A stretch of DNA of 64,000 bases, taken from assembly GCF_036321535.1 (NCBI RefSeq), contig NC_087436.1, forward strand, positions 109,928,001 through 109,992,000, in the 5' to 3' direction. The notes under the pieces were generated by a model. That model worked only from the letters and a program-made list of their open reading frames with translations. It was not told where the DNA came from and ran no database searches. The position numbers were made by a program, and so were the translations under genes. This DNA is from Camelus dromedarius (Eukaryota). This document shows positions 38,165 to 50,618 of this stretch, piece after piece (positions within the stretch are counted from its first letter, which is position 1; the number at the start of each line of letters is the position of its first letter).

Positions 38165-38790
38165 AAAATCTTGCCTCTGCCAGTGAACAGCGATGTGACA
38201 TTGGGCATGTTATTTACCTACTGATTACTGTATCTCGGTTTCCCTGTCTTCAAAATAAGGAATGAAATATCATTTACCTCATAGCATTGACAGACGGGTT
38301 AAATGAGATATAGGTTTCCCCTGTTATTTGAAAGTCGAACATTCCTATGAATACTTTTGGAAGTTGAAATGGCATAAAAGGAAGAAGCGATTACCTTAGA
38401 GCACATCTTACTAATGGATGCATGAAATAAATTGAGGTAAAACACAGATGCTCACAGCTTGAAGCTATGGCAGCTTGATGCTGAGATGCAGACTATAGTT
38501 CCCAGGGAAGGAGCATGGTGGTGCCCCTCTCACTGGGGGTGCACTCTGCCTCTGTAAGGGCTTGCTGCAAAACAAATGCTGAATGCTGTTTCTGGTTTTC
38601 ATCTCTTTTCATAGAAGTGAAAATGTTCTTCACATTTATTTGATTAGTGAAAACAGGTACTAATGTAGGTCTCTCATAAAAGTGCAGTGGCATAGAGGAC
38701 TTTCTGAAAAGTGGAGGATACCTGTGAAACTTATTATTGACCAAAATTTCCAACATATGGTAAGTGTTCAGGAAAAGTATTTTATTATTA
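38165..38790 (+). mobile_element. MIR SINE split by a Tigger insertion
   Basis: 'gcctctgccagtgaacagcgatgtgacattgggca...ttaaatgagata' resumes after 38724 as 'tgaaac...atatggtaagtgttca'. Confidence 0.75.
38311..38724. mobile_element. TcMar-Tigger non-autonomous element (Tigger2-like)
   Basis: Imperfect TIRs 'taggtttcccctgttatttgaaag' and 'cttttctgaaaagtggaggatacctg'; TA/TG flanks; interrupts a MIR. Confidence 0.8.
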
Positions 38791-39959
38791 CAAATATTAA
38801 TATGAAATGTATTCTTTTCTTCCTTTGTTTATTCTTTTTTGAAAAATAGTAAAAAAAAGTGGTTATTAATATTAATTTATTAATTTGATTAAATGATTTA
38901 TTAGCAGCATGAATTGTTGAAACTCCATAAGGAAGGGGCATGGAATTAATAGTAGTAGTCGTTATTAAGTGAGCTCATGAAATCAGTGATTATAATCTGA
39001 AGATTGGAGATGTCTGGTTAGGTTGAGTTGTCCTTTTATCACTGATGTAGAATTTCTCACCCAAGTAATGAGCCTATTTGACCAAGAAGAGTATCCCTTT
39101 CCTAAGACGACGCACTGAAGGTAACTAAATGAGAGACCCAGAAAAGTCAGTGGGGGTGGGAGGAACTCTGAAGACTCTGGAAAACAATAACTGAAAAAAA
39201 GTGACAGTTCATGTTGGATGGAGGAGAAGGTAATACTGTCTGTACAGTGAAGAAGTAGAAAATATTTCTGGGAAGTGAAGATCCACTGATGCTATTAGGC
39301 AGCTGTGTGGAGCCTAGGAGACTATGAAGTGTCAAGACCATCAACACGAATAAATTGGAGGTCAGAGATCATGCTGCTCATCAGTCAGTGTCACCGGTGA
39401 TGAATGTTTCCAGGGGAAAGGTCAGGTGATGAGAGGTGACTGGACTATTCCAGGGAACAGTGCTCTTCTGTTAAACAGGAGGCTCTTGGACTACTGACAT
39501 GTGATCATTAAACCTGTCACATCAGTGAGCAAAGGCCAAAATCAAATCAGAGTGAAGACTCCAAGAATTTTAATAAACTGAAAAAAAAATGGATCAAAAT
39601 TAAATGTCTTTTTACCAAACTATTATTTTTTAGATTATTTATATAAAAATGTCAATTGTTACTTTATAACACACTCCTTTAAAAAACAGGTACTTGACAC
39701 CTAAACAATTGAAAAATAAGCCACTTTTTTGTTTCCTTTTGTAATTGTTTGGATATCTCCATTAAAAGTAAGCTTATACAGCCATAACCAGTCAATCTCA
39801 GGTCAGGAGCTCTGTTGACCAAAGACAATACCATGAAGTAAGCAAGGCTCATTTTTGAATGGGTGCATAGTATTTGTGTGAATGGGACTGACAATTTATA
39901 GCATCAGAGTGGATGTCTTAATTCACTTTTAGACCAAGTGCAAAAATACGTATCAGATG

Positions 39960-40195
39960 GGGGATGATGAAGAGCAGAATGAACTGGAATCACACAGACC
40001 CAGTTCGAAGAATTGCGTGACTACATGTGTGACTCAGAGCATTTTATTTAAATTTTTCTGAGGCATAGTTTCTAAACCTGAAAAATGAGCTCAATAAGTC
40101 CTATTTCAGATTTGATGCTATAATTAAGTAAAATAATGTGTATAAAGTATCTAGTAAAGTGAGAGACATCTTCTAAGTTATCAATGAATGACTGT
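39960..40195 (+). mobile_element. MIR SINE
   Basis: 'ctggaatcacacagacccagttcgaa...tgtgtgact...tctgaggcatagtttct..cctgaaaaatgag...taatgtgtataaagtatctag'. Confidence 0.75.
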
Positions 40196-40284
40196 GTGTT
40201 TGTGTGTGTACATGTGTGTATGTCACAAATTTGGCCTTATCTCATTTTAAATCTTAATGTTGACTTGATACATGAAATTCAGTC

Positions 40285-40405
40285 TTTCAACATATAAATA
40301 TTGGGTCTCAAATACTGTTTTGGTGCCAGAGACATAGCAGAGACCCCAAAATAACCAAAGTCTCAACCTCAGAGAACTTATATTCTAGTGAGAGGAAGGT
40401 AGATG
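40285..40405 (-). mobile_element. L2 3'-end fragment
   Basis: 'ttcaacatataaatattggg...caaagtctcaacctcagagaacttatattctagtg'. Confidence 0.6.
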
Positions 40406-40434
40406 GTAGACAGGTACTGACATGGTGTGTGTGA

Positions 40435-41812
40435 CCAAGAAAGATAAAATGCTTAGGAATATATTCAACCAAAGATGAAAACTATCAGATATTAAAGAAA
40501 AAAATTTAAGAAGACACAAATAAATGAAAAGATATCCTACGTACATGGATCAGAAGAATTAGCATGGTTAAAATGTCCATAATACCCAAAACCATACATA
40601 GATTCAGTGCAGTCCCTATCAAAATTCCAGTGTAATTTTTCAAATAGGGAAAAAATCTAAAATTCATGTGGAACCACAAAAGACCCAAATAGCCAAAGCC
40701 ATCCTGAGAAAGAAGAATGAAGCTCAAGGTAGCACACACTCTGACTTTAAACTATATTATAAAGCTACAGTAATCAAAACAGTATGACACTGGCATATAA
40801 ACAGACACATTGACAGAACATAATTGAAAACCTAGAAATAAACCCATTCATGCATGGTATACAAATATTTAAACAGAGAGGCAAGATGACTCAATGGGGA
40901 AAGGATAGTTTCTAAAAAAATGATTTTGGGAAAACTGATTATTCACATGCAAAAGAATGAAATTGGGCCCTATCTTCCACCAATCACAAAAGTTAAGTCA
41001 ACATAGACTGAGGACTTAAACATGAGACCTGAAATCATAAAACTCTTATAAGAAAACATAAGAATAAGCTCCTTGACAGTGGTCTTGGCAATAACTTGTA
41101 TGTGACATCAAAAGCACAACCCACAAAAGCTAAAATAAACTAATAAGCACAGCAAAAGAAGCAACTAACAAATGCAAAACACCTAGAAAATATTTGAAAA
41201 TCATATATCTGAAAAAAATTAATGTCCCAGTTATATAAGAAACTCATATAACTCAAAAATTAATCAAATAGTTGGATTTTTAAAAGGGTAAACTACCTGA
41301 AAACACATTTTTTCCAAAGAAGTCAAACAAATGGCCAAAAAGCATATGAAAGGGTGTCGACATCACTAATCTCGGGAAAATGCAAATTAAAACCACTATG
41401 AAATATCACCTCACATTTGTTAGGAAAGAGAAGTTACACTAAATATTGGCAAGGTTGTGGAGAAAAGGGAACATTGGAGCGCTATGTTGGGGAATGTAAA
41501 TTGGTACAGTCACTATGGAAAACAGTATGGAGTTTCCTCAAAAATTTAAAAATAGAAATATAATATGATTCAGCAATCTCATTTCTGGATGTTTATCCCA
41601 GGGAAATGAAACAAGTTATTGAAAAGCTATCTGCTCCCCATGTGCATTGCAGCAGTATTTGTAATCAGCAAGACATGGAAATAACCTAAATGTCCACCAA
41701 CAGTGAATGGATACAGAAAATGTGATATATATACTAATACTATTCAGCCATCCATGAAAAGTAAGGAAATTCTGATATTCACAACATGAGTGAAACTTGA
41801 GGGTCTTATCTA
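40435..41812 (+). mobile_element. L1 ORF2 (RT to C-terminus) remnant without 3' UTR
   Basis: 'tggatcagaagaattagcatggttaaaatgtccataatacccaaa', 'actatattataaagctacagtaatcaaaacagtatg', 'aatgcaaattaaaaccactatgaaatatcacctcaca'. Confidence 0.9.
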
Positions 41813-41840
41813 ACTTATGTGTAGTCGCTAAAAACGCCTA

Positions 41841-41938
41841 ATTAATTGATCTATGACAAGGAGGCAACAACATACAATGGAGAAAAGACAGTCTTTTCAA
41901 TAAGTGGTGCTGAGGAAACTGGACAGCTACCTGCAAAA
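41841..41938 (+). mobile_element. Short internal ORF2 fragment of a younger L1
   Basis: Translates LIYDK.../GEK/KDSLFNKWC.GNWTA.CK across one frameshift: 'atctatgacaaggaggcaacaacatacaatggagaaaagacagtcttttcaataagtggtgctgaggaaactggacagctacctgcaaaa'. Confidence 0.8.
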
Positions 41939-44121
41939 GGGTTTATTCCATTTCTGATGGCGAACAATGCCCTGGAAACCAACTGTGCTTCTCAAATCAC
42001 TGTTATAATTAGAAAATCTTCCAGGTTCAAATCCAACTCTGTGAATTAGTTTTCAATAGTCTCATGAGACTCAGAGATGTTAAAATACCTGCCCGAATAA
42101 CTAAGTAATTTGGCAAAAGCCAAAATGATTACACACACCCACACACAGATTGTCTTTTCTGATGCCTTCCTACTAACATGCCCTATGTGTTTTAAGCAAA
42201 ATCTGAGGAATGCAACATGAATACTGTCCAATGGCATTAGTATCATTCTCCATTTTGTATTTCCCTGTCATTTTTGCAGCTGATGGGGTGTTGTGTATTC
42301 TAATGACATTCCCAGATTTCAGTAACCACAAGTATCTACAGATCACCTTCTTTTCCTAAACGTGGCCTCTGTGCTGTTAAATCTGGTGCCCTCCTCCTTG
42401 AGCCCCAGCTGTTCGGAACCTGCTGTGAGACACTGTGTGAGACTGGGTGCTGGACAGCTGCAAACTCAGTTCAAAAAGAAAAGACTAGCACATGTTTCTG
42501 CTCCTGAGCTCTTTGTTTTGTTCATGTGTTGTAATGGCCACAGAGAATAAGAATCTCTCTTTCCAAAATATTTGAATGTCTTACTTTTACCTCATTGTGG
42601 GGGGCCCTACACTTACAGAGTGTGGAGCAGCATTCAGTTTACAGAGTCAGAAATGTTTTTGTTTAACCTAAAATAAGTTAATTGAATTAATTTTATGTAA
42701 GTTTTAAAGCCATGATAATATTATTCATAGATTTGAGTCCAGCTCTTCTGTTTTTTTCCAGGCCACCATTAACTTGCCTTTTGCTGTACAGTATTTTACT
42801 GTGAGTCCTGTAAGTCTCAGAGATCTTGAAATGTTCAAGGGCTGAAAACAGCAAATGAGAACTTGGGGGGCATTATATCGGCCAAGTCATTATTTTACTT
42901 GGAAAGTTTAACTTAGTCAAACCAAATAGTAATATAAGATGAAATCCGTGGGTATTCAACAGCCAATAAATCTGTTTATTTTAAATGCCTTTTAGTTCCT
43001 CTAATAACACTCCTGGAATGTCACTTACAGTATATTTACCTTTTTAATTGCAGTATTTTCAGTTTTGAATGTCCTGAAGATATTATAACTAATTAGTCCT
43101 TTGAGCATATTGATTAAATTCATAGTTTTAGAGAAAGATAAAAACATTAGTGAAAAGTTATTCTGGAATACTGCACAAAGAAAATAAAAATTAAAAAAAA
43201 TTAAAAATAACCAAACTCTCAATGTACAATCTCATTGCCTATCAAATTTAATACATTCTAGGATAAATCATCCTGTTCTTAAAGCTGTGCCCACAGTTAT
43301 TTTTCTCACTTTAGTTATTGTTTTTTTATTGTCCCAGCAATTTAACATGGTGAATATGTTAACATTATTAACTTATCCTAGTCTTGCCCAGTATACCTGA
43401 GCTATCTTTTGAAAGGATCTGGTTTGCAAAAGCTCATTCTGAGGCTTGTGTTTAAATTGTGAATTGCTATGGGTTAATTCAACAAGTACTTAATGTTAGT
43501 TAATTAATCTAACAATAATAATGCAGTGGGAGTTACATGCTAGACATGTTTGTTAGACTCTCTAGAGTCCGAAATGAAATGGCAGTCATCCTGAGCTCAC
43601 TGACAGTGGAATGAGATAAGAATGCTGATGGTATTGTGGTAGTAAGACATAAATAAGGTTGTTATGCATAAAGCATAAGTCTGGGACTGTGATGCTTACA
43701 AAGAGGCTTTATTTATATATTTATTTGTTTGTTTATTACCTATAGGTAATTTACAATCCCATATGGTAAATTAAGTTTGCACTGTCTTCGAAGAAATTTG
43801 AATTTTTTTTCCTAGTAGAGCCTCTGTCCCCACCAGAGGGGAAGAAAGCCATTTTATCAGGACCTAGTTAATAAATGATGTGATTTTTTTGTTCTTTTGC
43901 CTTAGGCTATTAGTATGTTTGAAGGAATTCTGAAAGAATAGATGGTAAATGGTTTACAGGGGAAAATCATTAGTTTGTTAATTCTATCTTTTTCAGGAAA
44001 ATGATTATCTTACTGCATTCTGGCATGGTTATCCATAGGATTAATTTAATCCTCTATTGGAGAGCTCTTTCTTGAAAGAGATTTGATAATTCTAGTATCA
44101 ATCATCAGCAAATGATATGGG

Positions 44122-44625
44122 AGCTTTATTCATTTTCTATTGTTGTTGTAACAAATTGCCACAAAGTTTGTGGTCCAAAATCCAGAAATTTATTATCTTA
44201 CAGTTCTAGAGGTATGGTGTTAGAAATGGGTCTTACTGGGCTAAAATCAAAATGTTCATTAGGGCTGCATTTCTTCTGAAGATTTTAAGGGGTCTGGTCC
44301 TTGCTTTTTCCAGCATCTAGGGATCGATGCCCTTCTTAGTTTGTGGCTATTTCCTCCAACTTCAAAGCCAGCAAAAAGCATTTTCAAATCTCTTTCTGAC
44401 TCTAATTTCTTTTCCTGCCTCTCTCTTCTATTTTAAAGGACCCTCTTGTGATTATATTGAACCTATCTAGATAATACAGGATAATCTCTTTGTCTTTAAG
44501 TCAGCTGATTAGTAAGACTACATTTGCAGCACTAATTTCTCATTGTTACATAACCTAACATATTCAGAGGTTCTGGGGATTGGGATATGAACATCTTTTG
44601 GGTAATCCTAATTCTGCCTACCACA
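44122..44625 (-). mobile_element. MaLR LTR (MLT1C/D-like)
   Basis: 'ttgtaacaaattgccacaaa...aaatttattatcttacagttctagagg...cttcaaagccagca...tttaaaggaccct..tgtgattatattg...gttctggggattggga...attctgcctaccaca'. Confidence 0.9.
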
Positions 44626-44917
44626 AAGGTTTGGCAAAGAACTTAAACACTCTGAAAATTATAAAGCATCCTTACTTTTCATGTAAAGACGTGAAAGCTC
44701 AGAGTCTGAGAAGCAGGTAGTGATGTGATTCCTCACTTTGCTTAATTATTCTTCTTTCAGTTTTTTTTTTTTTCATCCAGTTGGGCCAGTAACTGAACTT
44801 GTGGATGCTACAGAGACTGTGAAAGACATGTTTCAATTATTTGTTGTTGTGAAACAATTCTGACACAGGAACTTAGCCATTTTATCTTTCCTTTCAGCTC
44901 TATGGGAAAAGAATTTA

Positions 44918-45637
44918 ACATTTTTTGATTTATAATCATTTTACAATGTTGTGTCAAATTCCAGTGTAGAGCACAATTTTTCAGTTATACATGAACATAT
45001 ATATATTCATTGTCACATTTTTTTCTCTGTGAGCTACCATAAGATCTTATGTATATTTCCCTGTGCTATACAGTATAATCTTGTTTATCTATTCTACAAT
45101 TTTGAAATCCCAGTCTATCCCTTCCCACCCTCCACCCCCTTGGCAACCACAAGTTTGAATTCTATGTCTATGAGTTTATTTCTGTTTTGTATTTATGCTT
45201 TGTTTGTTTTTGTTTTTGTTTTTGTTTTTTAGATTCCATGTATGAGTGATCTCATATGGTATTTTTCTTTCTCTTTCTGGTTTACTTCACTTAGAATGAC
45301 ATTCTCCAGGAGCATCCACGTTGCTGCAAATGGCATTATGTTGTCAGTTTTTATGGCTGAGTAGTATTCCATTGTATAAATATACCACATCTTCTTTATC
45401 CAGTCACCTGTTGATGGACATTTAGGCTGTTTCCATGTCTTGGCTATTGTAAATAATGCTTCTATGAACATTGGGGTGCAGGTGTCATCCTGAAGTAGGG
45501 TTCCTTCTGGATATAAGCCCAGAAGCAGGATTCCTGGGTCATATGGTAAGTCTATTCCTAGTCTTTTGAGGAATCTCCATACTGTTTTCCACAGTGGCTG
45601 TACCAAACTGCATTCCCACCAGCAGTGTAGAAGGCTT
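44918..45637 (-). mobile_element. Young camelid L1, 5'-truncated (~720 bp), ORF2 C-terminus still open, perfect TSD
   Basis: ORF 45229-45606 is L1 ORF2 C-terminus ([11 protein letters not shown]...WKQPKCPS...EYYSAIK); identical flanks ctctatgggaaaagaattta at 44898-44917 and 45638-45657. Confidence 0.95.
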
Positions 45638-45954
45638 CTCTATGGGAAAAGAATTTAGATGGTTCATTTCTGATGCAACTGGTGAGAGTTATGGGTAGAA
45701 GATCCACTTCCAAATGGCATCTTCACTCATGCTGTTGCCTTGATTCACCTTGGCACCTCTTTCTACTATCCCTTCCTCTTCTTTTCTCTCCCTCTCTTCT
45801 TCATTCCTTCTTCCCCGCCATCCCTCTTTCTCCTTGTTTCCTCACTCTTTCTCTCCCTCTGGAGTTTCTCAAACTCCAGGTCTCTTCCAAATGCTTGAAC
45901 ATCTCAGAATATTGTTGCTTCTGGGTAGGGGTACATAAAATTGACTTCTTTGAG

Positions 45955-46570
45955 TCATGCCTATCTCAGTTTCAATGTTAAAACCTCAGAGAAGTCTTCC
46001 ATGAGCATTTAATCTAGGATAAGTCAGCCACCATCAATTCTTTCACCCGCTATTAATTCTCTGCACAGCAGTTATCAATATCTTATTTTTATTTATTTAT
46101 TTATTTGTTCCCCATAATTTCCATTTACTTATTCATTATTAGTTCAATAAACATTTATTGAGTATATGCAATATGTCAATGGCTATTAGAGAAGTTTAGC
46201 AAGCATTGGTAAGAAAATAAAGAAGCCATTAAGGTTCCTGATGGTGTGGAGTATCCCTACTATAATCTAGAATGTGTACTCCATAAGAAAAGGAATCCAG
46301 TCTACCTTACTCACCATTGTACATCCAGAGCCTAGAAACATTCATGGCATGTAATAGATGCTCAATATACATTTTTGACTGAACAAATGAGCAAAATTAT
46401 AAGAGTGGGGCTACTATAAAATGAGACAGGAGGAATCTTAGGGTGGTATGAGGGATACAATAGAGGGAACTAATTATCATTTGAAGATCATTGGAGAGCT
46501 CCTTGCACAAGTGATAATGAAGCTGAGGATTAGAAGATGAGTTGAAGTCAGACAACAGCCACATCAGTGG
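45955..46570. mobile_element. Interleaved L2 3'-end fragments in both orientations
   Basis: Plus: 'ctagaatgtgtactccataag...gatgctcaatatacatttttgactgaacaaatga'; minus: 'ttcaataaacatttattgagt' and 'gaagctgaggattagaagatgagttgaagt'. Confidence 0.65.
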
Positions 46571-46700
46571 AGGCAGAATTTTCACCAGAGCAATCTGCAT
46601 CCCAGTTAGAAATTAGATCTGAGATTTAGAGAAAAGTGGAAAATAATGGGAAGGAATATGCAATTTTCTTTTTTAGGGGGATTGAAGCTAGGAGTTATCA

Positions 46701-46737
46701 ATATATATATAGATATATATAGATGTGTGTGTATATA

Positions 46738-46772
<35 letters not shown>

Positions 46773-46773
46773 G
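46701..46773. repeat. Compound (TA)/(TG) microsatellite
   Basis: Alternating TA and TG runs seen directly. Confidence 0.9.
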
Positions 46774-48704
46774 TAAATTTTGTATTAATTTTGAACTCCT
46801 AGCTATTGAAACCATAACTTATAATTATATACATAGAAAGATGGTTTTCATAACCACCACAGTACATTGACTTTTCAGTGAGTGCTTTTTAAATTGATGC
46901 TCCCAAATGTTGAACCTGTTTTTGAATTAAGTTGAATATTTATTTTAAATGCATACCTAGTAATTCTCTTTTAATCATAGCTTCAAGATGTAATGAAATT
47001 TTACTTAGGATCTTCAACAGCTCTTTAATATTATTACCTGGAGGCGGGTATGTGTTTCAAACCCCTCTTTGCCTCCAAGCTTCTTTTATCAATTACTGTC
47101 TATTCATAGGGCTCTTTATTTGATTCTCATAAGTCCTGTATGAGCTCGCTGATTCTAAGACTCCAATTTCCTCCCTGTCCTTGGGATGTCTCCTGTTTTG
47201 AGGATGTGACAATCACTCCTACTCTACTCTTTCAGGGTGATAGGGGAAAATGCTATTTCAAGATTTATCTACATTTGGTTTTGCCTCATACAACATCTCA
47301 ATGCAATAACATTTAGTTTCAGAAATAAGTTCATCTATAAATTATGAAGCCACCAGGAAATATATAACATTCATAACTTTGGTTAAAAAAAACTGAGATA
47401 TGTTCATGAGAATGTTGGTACTTGGTAGTACAACAAACAAATCAAAAATTAAGGCCAGAAGTTTGAATAAAATAAAAACCATATGTTATTGAGTATGATC
47501 TCATCAGACCTGCATTCCTTGTACTCCATGAGGTGGAAGTCACTAAGCCTGTCCTCCTGGTTTCCCCTGATGTTTCCTTTCATAACAAGGATCTTGTATT
47601 AAGGGACCACTGGATTCTCACTGACCCCTTATTCTCATACAGGATGACTGATCAGGTGAGTTAGGGAGAAGAAACTAGGTAGACATACAAGCTCAACCTA
47701 CTACCCATTCAGCTTTAGTCCAGCCTCCAACACATTTGTATTCTGGTCCATTTTTGTACCCGATGGTTAAGTTTATCAGAAAAGGTTCATTCCATATTGG
47801 GGAAGGGGTGCACTCTGTGACAAAGTAAGCATCTGACCCTGTGGAGCAACCTTTAGTTATCACACAGCAAGCCATGCTCTCCAGCAGCTCCATCAATTAT
47901 ATAATTTATGTGTTTTATCTCCATGAGACAAACTCCTTTATGTATCTCTTAACTGGTTCAGAAGTTGAATGGGAGATATGAACTGCATTTGTTGACACTC
48001 TTCAAATATGAATATTGTAGGAGTGATGTAGGAAGCATGGTGGGGGGCAAATGGTGCACAAGTTCCACAGAAATGGGCTCCTTGTTCTTTTTTGCTATTA
48101 AAAGATTTTGTGTTCTTAAGTAAATCATTTAGTCTCCCTGAGATTCTGTTTTTCAGTCATTAAGCTGAGAGGAACAGGCTAGATTAATGTTTTTTAAACC
48201 CTAAAGTGCCCACACTCCCAAAAGATGTAGAGGAGGGACAAGTGAAGCTACTTTGGAGTTCCCACATTTGCTCTAACAGGGGCAGATCTACTTTTAGCAA
48301 ATGCTGAGCTTCTCAATAAGACTTCACAACTAAATATTTGAAAATAATTCCACTAGATGATTTCTTTAATGTCTCCCAGTCTCTGGCATAGTACAGCTAC
48401 ATGTAAAATGCACAGGCAGTGACTTGGAACATGAGGAAATATGCAGGCTTGGACACAAAGAACAACCTAAGTTTGGATCTTGACTCTAACATACACAATG
48501 ACATTGAACAAGATGCACAACCGAGTTGTTGGATGGTTGGATGGATGGATGGAGAGAGAGGGAGAGAGAGTGAGAGATGACATTGTTGTTTACTTTAAAT
48601 GGTCTTGCATGTGGGGAATTCACAAAACCAGGGAGAGTATTTAGTAACTGCTAAATCATTCCTGCTCTCTCCCTTTCCATTTTTCAAAGGGAAAGCCTGT
48701 TCAA

Positions 48705-48920
48705 TAATAACATCAAATATTTATACAATGCTTTAAACCATTTTTACACATGCCTTGTCTCATTTGATTCACATGATTCTCTAGAATAAGTCTACATTAA
48801 TTTCCTCCTTTTTGAAGTGAGTAACCTAGCTCAGTGGTCTGTTCAAGGTCATGTAGCTAATAAATGGCAGGCTTGGGGTTTGAACCTAGGCATTCCAAGG
48901 CTGAATCTGTCCTACTGCCT
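48705..48920 (-). mobile_element. MIR SINE
   Basis: 'ttgtctcatttgattc...gttcaaggtcatgtagctaataaatggcag..ggggtttgaacctaggca'. Confidence 0.75.
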
Positions 48921-49814
48921 CTGGACTAATAAGCCAGTTCTGAATGAGTCATACATATTCAGTTTCACCTATCCTCATCTCTTTTTCTGGTTCAAGTCAC
49001 CCATGTGACTCCTGTAAAATGAAATTGGCAATTGTTTATGGCGTTGGCAGTGGGTTGTGATGTCAGCTCATCTACTGAGGCAGCCATTGTGAAATAGCAT
49101 GTGCGGTGACCCCTCCGTGTGAAGTCTAGCACCTATGTCATACTTGTCATCACTCAGCATTAATATCTGCCCTGATGCTCCGTAAATACACTTTCCAAGT
49201 ATTTACCTCAAGGTATTTGCTCTTAAAGGGAGGTGACTTCCAAGTTTGAATAAAAAAAATGCAGACTGATAAGCACGCCTTTCACTGTGTAAACACAACA
49301 CTTAATTTTACTCCGGGTGAAATATTACTAAAAGCAATTAACTTTTCAAAGAAGAGTTCTGGATAGCCACACTGTTATTAACCCTTAAAGAATGCTGTGT
49401 AGAGACAATTTTTGCTGACTTGGTTACCATAAGCCAAATTCCACAAAGAATATAACCCAATTCTGCCATTTTTCTAATTTCTGCCCCTATAACAGTAAAT
49501 ATTTAGTAGGTAAAAAAATAAATAAATAAAACAAGCAATGGAGCTTTGCCTTATCTAATGACATTTTTATTGCATGTCTGCTATGAATATAGTTCCTATA
49601 GTTTCTTCCAACTTACCCTAAATTCCAGCTAATTTCCCTTACCCTTCTGGCTCTTACTTCTCCACTTTATCAAGCCACTCATTAAAAAAACAACTAATAA
49701 ACAGATAAACAGCAGTAAAAACGATAACAACAACAAATTCAGCAACACATACCCACAGGGCTAGCAGGGAAATGAATGAGGATTTTACATAACCGATTAC
49801 CTTTTAAACGTGTG

Positions 49815-50618
49815 CTATTCATTGATGCTTCACTTCATTTCACACCCCACATCTAGTCTTAAATCAAGTACTGCCATCTTAACCTTAAAAAGAAATCCAG
49901 AATCTGATCCAGTCTCATCACCTCCTATTCACTGGCCACACTGGCCATCTTTGATTATGATTATTTCAATGCCTCCTAATTGACATTTTGCATTTGTCTT
50001 TGTCAACAGAGTCTCATCCTAGCACAACAACAGAGGTGATCTTCTTATAATATAAACCAGATATTGTCTTTCTTCTGTTCTGAACCCTGAAATGACTGCG
50101 TATCTCACTCAATCTAATACCCCAAATTCTTGCCATGGGCTATGAGGCCTTATAAATGTTGGCTTCTTGTTAGTTTTTTCTCCCTACATTTCTTCTGCTC
50201 CAGACACACCGATTTCCTTCTCATTCCACACACACACCAGGCCTAGGCCCCTAACACCTGGGGCCTTTGTACTACAATTGCCTGTACTTGGAAAGCCCTT
50301 CCCTGAGATCTCAGTGTGGCCCTATCCCCATAGGTCTTTAATCAAATGTTACCATTCCAATGAGGATATCTCTGACCACTCAAAACTTGCTCGTTGGCAG
50401 CCTTTATCCCCCAATTGTACTTTATTTTTATTCTGAGTCCTTGCTACAACTAACATACTACATTATCTGCTCATTGTGTGTATGATCTTCCTCTTCATCT
50501 AGAAAATTAGCTCCACAAAGTTAAGACTGTGGCTTGTATGATTCAGTGCTGTATCCTCAACCCTAAACCAGTGCCTGGTGCTTACAGGGTATCCATTAGG
50601 TATTTATTGAATGAATGG
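49815..50618 (+). mobile_element. L2a-like LINE 3' region
   Basis: 'atccagaatctgatcc', 'cagaggtgatctt', 'gggcctttgtact', terminal 'cagtgcctggtgc...tatttattgaatgaatg'. Confidence 0.8.

Noticed and set aside
45229..45606. 125-aa ORF with convincing protein-like sequence
   Set aside because: It is the L1 ORF2 C-terminus of a 5'-truncated retrotransposon, not a host gene.
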